Assembly (NCBI GenBank): GCA_963662795.1
Contig: OY759746.1
Span: 224,001 to 288,000 of the forward strand
Length of the DNA stretch: 64,000 nt
Direction of reading: 5' to 3'
Source of the DNA: Spirochaetia bacterium
GTDB lineage: Bacteria; Spirochaetota; Spirochaetia; CADAEX01
Part shown: positions 1 to 8,174 of the stretch, piece after piece
Numbering within the stretch: position 1 is the first letter of the stretch
Layout: every line of letters begins with the position of its first letter
The notes under the pieces: model-generated
The model's database searches: none
The model's input: only the letters and a program-made list of their open reading frames with translations
What the model was told of the DNA's origin: nothing
Made by a program: the position numbers and the translations under genes

Positions 1-888
1 ATCAGCGTATTTGCTTCTTACCTCGGTGAAAAGTCCCCAGAAGGTCCTTTCCCTGTTTTCAACTACATGCTCATCGACAAGAGGTTTATAGAAACTCGGC
101 CATCCTGTTCCCGAATCAAATTTTTCCTTTGATGAGAAGAGGGGTTCGCCGCTGATTATGTCAACATAAATGCCGGGCTTTTTATTGTCATTGTATTCAT
201 TTTTGAAGGGAGGCTCGGTATCATTGCGTCTTGTGACATTGTACTGCATGGGAGTCAGTATTTTTTTAAGTTCACTGTCCGGTTTTATTGTATACCCCCC
301 CTTTTTCTCTCCCCATGTTTTCTTTATAAACCCTTCCCTTCCGGAACCTGCTTTGTATCTTGAATAGTTAAACGGGTTCTTTTTGAAATAATCCTGATGA
401 TATTCTTCAGCTTCATAAAATTTTTTAAACTTCACAATCTCTACATTTATCTGATGCCCGAACATTCCCGACTGCTCAATCTTTTTTTTCGAATCAAGGG
501 CCGCTTTTTTCTGGCTGTTATTATGATAATAGATACCTGTCCTGTACTGGCTTCCCCTGTCGGCGAACTGCCCTCCGGCATCTGTCGGGTCTATCTGCTG
601 CCAGAAAACATCAAGCAGTTTTTCATAGCTGATAATCTTCGGATCAAAGGTAACCTGCACAGCTTCTGTATGGCCTGTTTTACCGGTTGAAACCTCTTCA
701 TAGGTAGGATTTACTGTTTTTCCGCCTGTATAGCCCGAAACTGCCGATTTTACCCCTTCCAGATTTTCAAACGGCTGTTCAATACACCAGAAACAGCCTC
801 CGGCAAAGGTTGCAACCTCTGTCTCCGCGAAAACTCCAAAGGAGAGGATAAACAGAAAAAGAATAATAAATATATTTTTATTTGTCAT
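1..888 (-). CDS. msrAB: Secreted bifunctional peptide-methionine sulfoxide reductase MsrA-MsrB (3' end runs off the window; absent from the ORF track)
   Basis: Manual translation from ATG 888 (SD AAGGAG): signal peptide MTNKNIFIILFLFILSFGVFA-E, then the MsrA motif ATFAGGCFWC...EEYHQDY, then the MsrB motifs TEPPF, GIYVDIISGEPLFSS..KFDSGTGWPSF. Confidence 0.93.
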   Translation of the reverse strand, partial: MTNKNIFIILFLFILSFGVFAETEVATFAGGCFWCIEQPFENLEGVKSAVSGYTGGKTVNPTYEEVSTGKTGHTEAVQVTFDPKIISYEKLLDVFWQQIDPTDAGGQFADRGSQYRTGIYYHNNSQKKAALDSKKKIEQSGMFGHQINVEIVKFKKFYEAEEYHQDYFKKNPFNYSRYKAGSGREGFIKKTWGEKKGGYTIKPDSELKKILTPMQYNVTRRNDTEPPFKNEYNDNKKPGIYVDIISGEPLFSSKEKFDSGTGWPSFYKPLVDEHVVENRERTFWGLFTEVRSKYAD

Positions 889-986
889 TTCAGCACACTC
901 CTTAAAAAATAGTCTTCATTAAAAATAAGTATGCTTTAAGCTATATTCAAATATTTTCATATAGAATTAATATAACTTTCTGTTAT

Positions 987-2357
987 TCATTCCGGTACTG
1001 TCTCCGCCTTTAAGGCTATTCTGCATTTGTCCCTGTATACCTTTCTTGCCCATATAAATGTAAACACGGCGGCAGACCAGTTTACAAACACAAGGCCCCA
1101 CCATACCCCGTCCTGCCTCATGGCAAGGGCAAAACAGAGGATCGAAAAGACAACAGCGGGGGCTGCTATCTGCCTGTAAAACCCCATCCACATTATCATT
1201 GAAGGCTTTTTCAATCCCTGAAGCAGCGAATTGCTCTGAAAAAGGACAATATAGCTGTAGTAGGTTAAACCCTGTATTAATAGATACTTATACCCCATCG
1301 AGATAACTGCTTCAGAACCGGTAAACGCTGAAATAATCTTTTTCCCGAAAATCAGGACAGGAGGAAGCATAACCAGCATGATTAAAGCACCTCCGTAAAG
1401 GCTTTTTTTAAATGAATCAATTACCCTCTCCATCCTGCCGGCTCCGTTATTCTGGCCTACCAGGGAAGCAAGGGCGATATTAAGCCCTGCTGTCGGCACA
1501 AGCGCAATCTGCTCGACCCTTACCGCAGCTCCATAGGCAGCTACAGCTTCACTTCCGAATGAAGAAATAAAATATGTTATTACAAATGTTCCCAGGGCCA
1601 TTGTAAGAAAATTCATTGAGGCCGGGACAGCCTGCTCAAATATCCCGATTACAATTTTCTTCTCCGGTATGAAATCCTTAAAAGATATACCTGAAAAAGC
1701 GTTTGATTTTTTTGCAATAAATATCATATAAATCATGCTTAATAGCTGTATCAATATTGTCGCAAGCGCAACTCCTGCTTCCTTAAGGCCGAATGTATAC
1801 ATAAATAGAGGATCCAGCGCAAGATTAAGAAAAAAACCGCCTATGAGAATGTTTCTGTAGGTTCGCGTATTGCCTCTCGCGGTAAGTCCTGCATTTAAAA
1901 CAGGCACAAGACTGATAACAATAAGCCCCCCTACAATTACCCTTCCATACCTCATTGCGGATTCAAGAACTTCACCCTTCCCGTTTAAAACCGTAAATAA
2001 AGGCTTTAGAAAGATAAAAAATAATATAGTAAGAGCAACAGAAAGAATTACAGTCAGTGAGATAGACTGTGAAAGATAGCGGTTCGAAGTTTTCTCCCTG
2101 CCGGCGCCGATTTCATTTGAAATCAAGGCTCCTGCTCCACTTGAAAAACCAACGCCAAGAGACATAATCAGCATGTACAGGGGAAAATTAAGGGAGAGTC
2201 CTGCAAGAGATGCTGTCGAAAGCTGCCCTGCCCAGAATGTGTCAACCACATTATACATCGTGTTAAAGAAAAATCCGATACTTGCAGGCAGTGCAAGATG
2301 AAGCAGATGACTTTTTATCGAGCCGGAAGTTAAATCCGAAGAATATATTTTATTCAT
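987..2357 (-). CDS. MATE family efflux transporter
   Basis: About 12 TM segments; LALPASIG..FNTMYNVVDTFW, LNLALDPLF, GQNNGAG MATE motifs. Confidence 0.92.
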   Translation of the reverse strand: MNKIYSSDLTSGSIKSHLLHLALPASIGFFFNTMYNVVDTFWAGQLSTASLAGLSLNFPLYMLIMSLGVGFSSGAGALISNEIGAGREKTSNRYLSQSISLTVILSVALTILFFIFLKPLFTVLNGKGEVLESAMRYGRVIVGGLIVISLVPVLNAGLTARGNTRTYRNILIGGFFLNLALDPLFMYTFGLKEAGVALATILIQLLSMIYMIFIAKKSNAFSGISFKDFIPEKKIVIGIFEQAVPASMNFLTMALGTFVITYFISSFGSEAVAAYGAAVRVEQIALVPTAGLNIALASLVGQNNGAGRMERVIDSFKKSLYGGALIMLVMLPPVLIFGKKIISAFTGSEAVISMGYKYLLIQGLTYYSYIVLFQSNSLLQGLKKPSMIMWMGFYRQIAAPAVVFSILCFALAMRQDGVWWGLVFVNWSAAVFTFIWARKVYRDKCRIALKAETVPE

Positions 2358-2487
2358 ATAATTTACACCTTAACAGTAAATATACTATTCTCAATATATA
2401 TATCAATTATAATTCATTATTTTCCTGTTTATTTCCATACAAAGTTTATGGGATTTTAAATAATCATTAAAAATACTTAAAAACCTC

Positions 2488-2540
2488 TTGACGAAAAAGC
2501 TCTTTATTTATATTTTTGAACAATTGAGTTATTTGTTCAA
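2488..2540 (+). promoter_or_regulatory. Sigma70 promoter (TTGACG-17-TATTTT) with adjacent palindromic TetR operator
   Basis: TTGAACAA-N9-TTGTTCAA inverted repeat at 2516-2540, between the -10 element and the AGGAGG SD of the tetR gene. Confidence 0.7.
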
Positions 2541-2561
2541 TTCTTCAAAAAGGAGGATGTT

Positions 2562-3137
2562 TTGTCTGATGTAGAAATGAGAGATGAGTTAATAAATGCC
2601 GCATCGGGAGTTTTTGCCAAATACGGTTACAAAAAAACCAATATGGATGACATCGCTGCCGTTTTAAGCAAGGGAAAAACCTTTATTTATTATTATTTCA
2701 AAAACAAAGAGGATATTTTTCAGGCTGTTCTTGCTGATGAGGCTGACAAGCTTTTGAAAGCACTTGCGGAAACAGCAGAATCAGAATCACTCCCGGAAAA
2801 AAAGCTTAAAATATTTGTACTGGTATGGGCAAACACACTCATGGAACTTGACAACTATTATCAGATTATTAAAACCGAGTATTTCAGCAATAAAGATTTT
2901 TTCAAAACCCTCAGGGAAAAAATTGATGAAAAGCAGCATGAAATACTCACTTCAATTTTCAGAGAGGGAACATTATCGGGAAGATTTAAAAAACTTGACC
3001 CCGAATGGCTGGCCTTGACCTTTTTTACTGCCATGAAAGGATTTGAGCTGCCTCTGCTTAAGAGGAACAGCTTTGAGGATATAGCAACAAGAATTGATGA
3101 TCTTTTAAATCTTCTTTTAAACGGGCTACTTGCTTAA
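2562..3137 (+). CDS. TetR/AcrR family transcriptional regulator
   Basis: N-terminal HTH: FAKYGYKKTNMDDIA...GKTFIYYYFKNKEDIF; TTG start after AGGAGG. Confidence 0.93.
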   Translation: MSDVEMRDELINAASGVFAKYGYKKTNMDDIAAVLSKGKTFIYYYFKNKEDIFQAVLADEADKLLKALAETAESESLPEKKLKIFVLVWANTLMELDNYYQIIKTEYFSNKDFFKTLREKIDEKQHEILTSIFREGTLSGRFKKLDPEWLALTFFTAMKGFELPLLKRNSFEDIATRIDDLLNLLLNGLLA

Positions 3138-3151
3138 CAGCAGCTATTACA

Positions 3152-5830
3152 TTGGAAAAGGTGGAGGAATACCTGGTGAACAGAATTTTAAAGCATCCGA
3201 AGACAGTAATAACAATTATACTGCTTCTAACAGTTTTTCTTGGAATACAGATACCCGGGATAAAGATAAACAACGAGGTTGAGATATTTCTTCCGGAAAA
3301 CCACAAATCAAAAATCGAATATAACAAAATGAAGGAAACATTCGGCAGCCAGATAATTATGGATGTTGCTGTAAAGGCGAAAGAAGGAACTATTTTTACG
3401 GCAGATAGAATCAACCTTATCAAATCCCTTACAGAGGAATTTGAAAAAATTGAAAATGTTGAGGACGTAACTTCCCTTACAAATGCTGATTATATCGAAG
3501 GGACGGCAGACGGGATGACAGTCTCTCCTATTGCTGAAGACTTTACAGGCAGCGATGAAGAATTAAAAGAAATAAAGCGTAAAGTGACAGACTGGAAAGA
3601 TATGTATGAACTCAACCTCATATCGGAAGATCTTAAAGCGACCCAGATCCTTGTTAAAATCAAACTGGGGGTTTTGGCAGACGGGAAAGAAAAAGTTTAT
3701 CATGAAATGAAAAACATTATAGCGTCACATGACAGCGCGGGAACCGACTTAAGCATTGCGGGAGATCCGGCTGTTATTGTTCTCATAGAAAAGTACATGA
3801 AAAGCGATCTCGTACGTCTTGTCCCTTTTGTAATAATTGTTGTGCTTATTACCCTTTTCCTCTGCTTCAGAACTTCAGGGGGTGTAATTCTGCCGGTAAT
3901 TACTGTCCTTATAAGTACTTTATGGACAATAGGCCTTATGGCCCTGACCGGTGTATATTTTTCTCTTGTTTCTACGACACTTCCGGTTGTCCTTATTGCA
4001 GTGGGCAGCGCATACGGCATTCACCTTGTAAACGATTACTACAGTGAAATAAGGGTTGCCGGAAAAAAGCTGTCCCACGAAGAACACAGCAGCATTGTTG
4101 AGCAAAGCCTTCACAAGGTGGAAAAACCTGTGTTTCTTGCAGCTCTTACTACAATAGTCGGATTCGGCTCCCTTGCGACCAGCCCGATTATACCGCTGAA
4201 GCATTTTGCCCTGTTCTCCGGAATCGGAGTACTGGCAGCTCTCTTGGTTACTTTAACAATGATACCGGCGCTTCTTGTTATGCGCCACAACGCGATGAAG
4301 CTCAACAGAATATCGGAAAAATCCATTCTGGACAGATTTTTTAAAAGTCTGTCGGTATTTATCGAAAAAAGAAAAACAGTACTGTCTGCAATTGTTTTTA
4401 TAATACTTGTAGTTTCCTGCATAGGGATATTAAGGATCAATGTTGACAACATACTTATATCCAACTTCAGGGAAAAAGAAGATATCCGTGTAGCAGATAA
4501 CATGATAAGGGAAAATTTCGGAGGGACAAAGGTATTCAGCATTATTGTCAAAGGAAAGGAAAAGGGAGACCTTACTGACCCGGCAATACTCAAGGCAATG
4601 GATAACCTTGACACTTACCTTGAAACAGGCTTTGCCGAAGTCGGAAAGGTAATTTCCTTCTCGGATTTCATAAAAAGAATGAACCGGGTTATGCACTATC
4701 CTCAGCAGGACAGTTCTGAAGTGGCAATGGAAAATACAGCCGCCGCCGGGAAACAGGAGGCTGGAGGCTTTGGCAGCTTTTTCAGTACAGATGATGCCGG
4801 TACATCATCATTTTTTGAATCAGCAGAAACTGTTGATACAGTTTCATCAATACCTGAAGTAATATTTGATAATCTTGATGAAAAGATGACAGCCCGCAGT
4901 TTTCTTGAAATACTCTCCGGCGCGGCTTCAGAGTCAGACACTTTAAACCCTGACGCAGACACGGTCCTCAGGGGAATTTACAGAAAATACAACTACAGAG
5001 GTGAAGATTATAATGAAATACCTTCAGACCCTTCTAGATATCCTGTTGAAACAAAAGAAGAGCTGAAAAATCTGATTTCCCAGTACCTGCTGCTTTATTC
5101 AGGGAACCTCGACTCATACTCTGATGATGCAATAGAACCTTCTCAGGCTTTAATGATAGTCGAGCTGAAAACAATAAATACAATTCCGGTAAAAAAGATT
5201 ACAAAGGAAATAAACAGTTATGTCTCTGAAAACTTTCCTGAAGGGTATGAAGTAGACATCGCGGGAATTGCGGATATGGAAAACTCGCTTACGACATTAA
5301 TTACCGGGTCGCAGATTTCAAGTCTTGCAGTCTCACTGCTTCTCGTATTCATAATTATTGCGATATCGTATAAATCATTTGCTGCAGGGTTATTCGGGGT
5401 GATACCTCTGGCCTTTACAATAATAATCAATTTCGGCGTCATGGGGTTTACAGGTATCAGACTTGATATGGTAACAGCCCTGATCGCATCAATAGCGGTC
5501 GGAACAGGTATAGATTATACCATCCATTTCATGAGCGCCTATAAAAGGGAAAGAAACTCAGAAAGCAGGCTTGAAGTTGTTACTGAAAAAACACTTTCCT
5601 CAACCGGCCGTGGTATATTATTCAATGCAGGCGCGGTGGCCGCAGGATTTCTTGTCCTTTGTTTCTCAAACTTTACAACGCTTAGATATATCGGATTTCT
5701 GACAGCACTTACAATGTTTACATCATCATTTGCATCCCTTACCGTACTGCCTGTGCTGCTCAATACATTCAAGCCCGCTTTTATGGCAAAAAAAACAGAA
5801 CAGAAACTTGTTACAGAATCCAATAACTGA
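3152..5830 (+). CDS. MMPL/RND superfamily transporter
   Basis: Two repeats of TM + periplasmic domain + 5 TM; GSAYGIHL and GIDYTIHF MMPL motifs. Confidence 0.9.
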   Translation: MEKVEEYLVNRILKHPKTVITIILLLTVFLGIQIPGIKINNEVEIFLPENHKSKIEYNKMKETFGSQIIMDVAVKAKEGTIFTADRINLIKSLTEEFEKIENVEDVTSLTNADYIEGTADGMTVSPIAEDFTGSDEELKEIKRKVTDWKDMYELNLISEDLKATQILVKIKLGVLADGKEKVYHEMKNIIASHDSAGTDLSIAGDPAVIVLIEKYMKSDLVRLVPFVIIVVLITLFLCFRTSGGVILPVITVLISTLWTIGLMALTGVYFSLVSTTLPVVLIAVGSAYGIHLVNDYYSEIRVAGKKLSHEEHSSIVEQSLHKVEKPVFLAALTTIVGFGSLATSPIIPLKHFALFSGIGVLAALLVTLTMIPALLVMRHNAMKLNRISEKSILDRFFKSLSVFIEKRKTVLSAIVFIILVVSCIGILRINVDNILISNFREKEDIRVADNMIRENFGGTKVFSIIVKGKEKGDLTDPAILKAMDNLDTYLETGFAEVGKVISFSDFIKRMNRVMHYPQQDSSEVAMENTAAAGKQEAGGFGSFFSTDDAGTSSFFESAETVDTVSSIPEVIFDNLDEKMTARSFLEILSGAASESDTLNPDADTVLRGIYRKYNYRGEDYNEIPSDPSRYPVETKEELKNLISQYLLLYSGNLDSYSDDAIEPSQALMIVELKTINTIPVKKITKEINSYVSENFPEGYEVDIAGIADMENSLTTLITGSQISSLAVSLLLVFIIIAISYKSFAAGLFGVIPLAFTIIINFGVMGFTGIRLDMVTALIASIAVGTGIDYTIHFMSAYKRERNSESRLEVVTEKTLSSTGRGILFNAGAVAAGFLVLCFSNFTTLRYIGFLTALTMFTSSFASLTVLPVLLNTFKPAFMAKKTEQKLVTESNN

Positions 5831-5846
5831 TTAAGGAGAAAATATA

Positions 5847-6641
5847 ATGTACAGAAACGGTTTAATGAAAAAGTATTTTTTTACGGCAGCAGCAGCCCTG
5901 TCAGCCTTACTTGCCCCTTCTGCTTTCGCAATAACAGGAACAGAAATAGCTCAGAATGTTCACGACAGGGACAATGGCGATTCAGTGCATGCCCTGATCC
6001 AGATGGACCTTGTTGATAAAAACGGAGGCATCAATTCAAGACTGGTTGAGACATGGGAAATGGAAGATGAAAAGGACCTTGACATGATGGTCATGATGTT
6101 CCACCAGCCTGCGTCAGTCGCTAACACAAGATTTCTTGTTATGGAAAATGAAGGAAGGGACGACGACAAGTGGATATACCTGCCTGCCCTCAAAAAAGTA
6201 AGACGAATTGATTCAAGCGAAGGAAGCAACTCATTTATGGGAACAGACTTGAGCTATGATGATATGGAAACACGAAAAGTTGAGGAAGATACTCACGAAC
6301 TCTTAAAAGAAGAGAAAATCGGCGACTATGACTGTTATGTTGTCAAGGCTGTTTCAATTGATCCTTCAAACTCACAATATTCACAGAGGATAAGCTGGAT
6401 TGATAAAAACACATGGATTCCCGTAAAAATGGAACTTTATGACAAGAAAGGGACCCTCGAGAAAGTTATGACGGCGGAAAAAATAGAAAAGGTACAGGAT
6501 TACTGGTCTATTCTCCATACAACAATGAAAAATGTCCAGACAGGGCACAGTACGGTTCTTACAATGAAAAAACTTGTTTACGATGAGAAACTTAACAGGG
6601 CGTTATTTACCACGCAGTTCCTTTCAGCGGGAAGAATCTAG
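5847..6641 (+). CDS. LolA-like outer-membrane lipoprotein-sorting protein
   Basis: Signal peptide; DDKWIYLPALKKVRRI and FMGTDLSYDD motifs typical of LolA-like proteins next to MMPL genes. Confidence 0.85.
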   Translation: MYRNGLMKKYFFTAAAALSALLAPSAFAITGTEIAQNVHDRDNGDSVHALIQMDLVDKNGGINSRLVETWEMEDEKDLDMMVMMFHQPASVANTRFLVMENEGRDDDKWIYLPALKKVRRIDSSEGSNSFMGTDLSYDDMETRKVEEDTHELLKEEKIGDYDCYVVKAVSIDPSNSQYSQRISWIDKNTWIPVKMELYDKKGTLEKVMTAEKIEKVQDYWSILHTTMKNVQTGHSTVLTMKKLVYDEKLNRALFTTQFLSAGRI

Positions 6642-6655
6642 GGAGATCATAGATA

Positions 6656-7963
6656 ATGAACAGATTTTTTAAATATTCCGGAATAATTTTAATATGCTTA
6701 CTCGCCTCTTCATTGCAGCTTTACGCACAGGAAGGCTCATTTTTCAGTGAGACAACCGGTCTGTCCGTGGATAAATCGGCGCTCTCTATAGGAGGAAAAG
6801 CAATAAGCCAGATCAGATATTTCATAGATAATGAAAATCCGGAATCTTCAGAAATTGAATCTTTTCCTGAAGTAAGACTTGATTTTGATTATGATAATGA
6901 AAACTCATCAATGACAGCAAAACTCATATTCAGCCGCGATAAAATCTACAGCGATATTGAGGATATTATAGATGAGGCATATACGACTGTGTATTTCAGC
7001 AATTTTAATATTGAAACAGGCTTCATGAAAGTCGTTTGGGGAAAAGGGGATGAACTCAAGGCTCTCGACATACTTAACCCGATAGACTATACAGACTTTT
7101 ACAATAAAACTCTTCTTGAAAGAAAAAAAGCAGCCCTTATGGTAAAGCTTAATAAATATACCGGTTTAAACAGCCTGCTTGAACTTGTTTATATTCCCGT
7201 CTACACAGGGGTGCAGTTTGACAGCGCCGGGGACAGAAGATGGGCGCCTTACAGCGTCAGACAGCTTGCAGCATTTACCGCCGCAGGAGGAACTGTCTCC
7301 GAGGAAGATACAGATACTGTAGAGTATTCACAGGTTGCTGCAAGATTTACAAGCACATTCAGCGGCTTTGATTACGGATTCCTGTACAGCTACGGATTTA
7401 CACCTCTACCGGCAGCAGTAGTGGAAACACCGGCCCTGATTGAAGTAAAACCGCAAAGGGCCCACATATTCGGCGCTGAAGCGGCAAAGGTTTTATTCGG
7501 CCTTAACGCCAGGGCCGAAGCCGGATATTTTCTTACAGAAGATATTGAAGGCAATGACAGCGATGTAAAGAACAACCTCCTTATCTGGGTCGCCGGATTT
7601 GATAAAGACCTGCCCTTAAGCCAGCTTAACTTCCTTGCGGAAACTCAGGGGACTTATATACTCTCAAACAGCGGTTTAAAATCAGGAGATGTCGATTACA
7701 GCGAAAGCGGCAATTATTCACAGAATATAATTATCCTGCGCCTTAAGGATTCATGGGCGCATGAGAAAATACAGCCCCAGATATCAGCCACAGTTCACAT
7801 CGAAGAGGGGGATTTTATGCTGAAGCCGTCAGTAGCTCTTATTCCAAAGGATGATGTTGAATTCGAGTTTCTCTGTACACTATTTGAAGGTGATGAGGAT
7901 ACAGTTTTCGGAGTATACGATGACAATGACTTCATCCAGGCAAAATTCACATTCGCTTTTTAA
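6656..7963 (+). CDS. Putative outer-membrane beta-barrel protein (DUF1302-like)
   Basis: Signal peptide; VVWGKGD..LDILNP.D motif; C-terminal alternating FTFAF (BAM signal); operon context. Confidence 0.7.
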   Translation: MNRFFKYSGIILICLLASSLQLYAQEGSFFSETTGLSVDKSALSIGGKAISQIRYFIDNENPESSEIESFPEVRLDFDYDNENSSMTAKLIFSRDKIYSDIEDIIDEAYTTVYFSNFNIETGFMKVVWGKGDELKALDILNPIDYTDFYNKTLLERKKAALMVKLNKYTGLNSLLELVYIPVYTGVQFDSAGDRRWAPYSVRQLAAFTAAGGTVSEEDTDTVEYSQVAARFTSTFSGFDYGFLYSYGFTPLPAAVVETPALIEVKPQRAHIFGAEAAKVLFGLNARAEAGYFLTEDIEGNDSDVKNNLLIWVAGFDKDLPLSQLNFLAETQGTYILSNSGLKSGDVDYSESGNYSQNIIILRLKDSWAHEKIQPQISATVHIEEGDFMLKPSVALIPKDDVEFEFLCTLFEGDEDTVFGVYDDNDFIQAKFTFAF

Positions 7964-7974
7964 ACTGTTAAATC

Positions 7975-8009
7975 AGGGAAATGCATCGTGAAGATGCTTC
8001 CCTTTTTTA
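7975..8009 (+). terminator. Rho-independent terminator of the tetR-MMPL operon
   Basis: AGGGAA-ATGCATC..GATGC-TTCCCT stem followed by a T-run. Confidence 0.75.
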
Positions 8010-8174
8010 TATTATCACTCCGGGCAGCCGTGTCGTTGACAGGGCTGCCTTCTATTTTCAAATAAAGGAACTGAAAAATAAGGCCCTCAATTGATTTGAC
8101 ATTACTCAAGATAAATACATATACTTAGCTCATAATTTTAAAAAATTAAAAAAATACAGGATTGGCCATTATCA

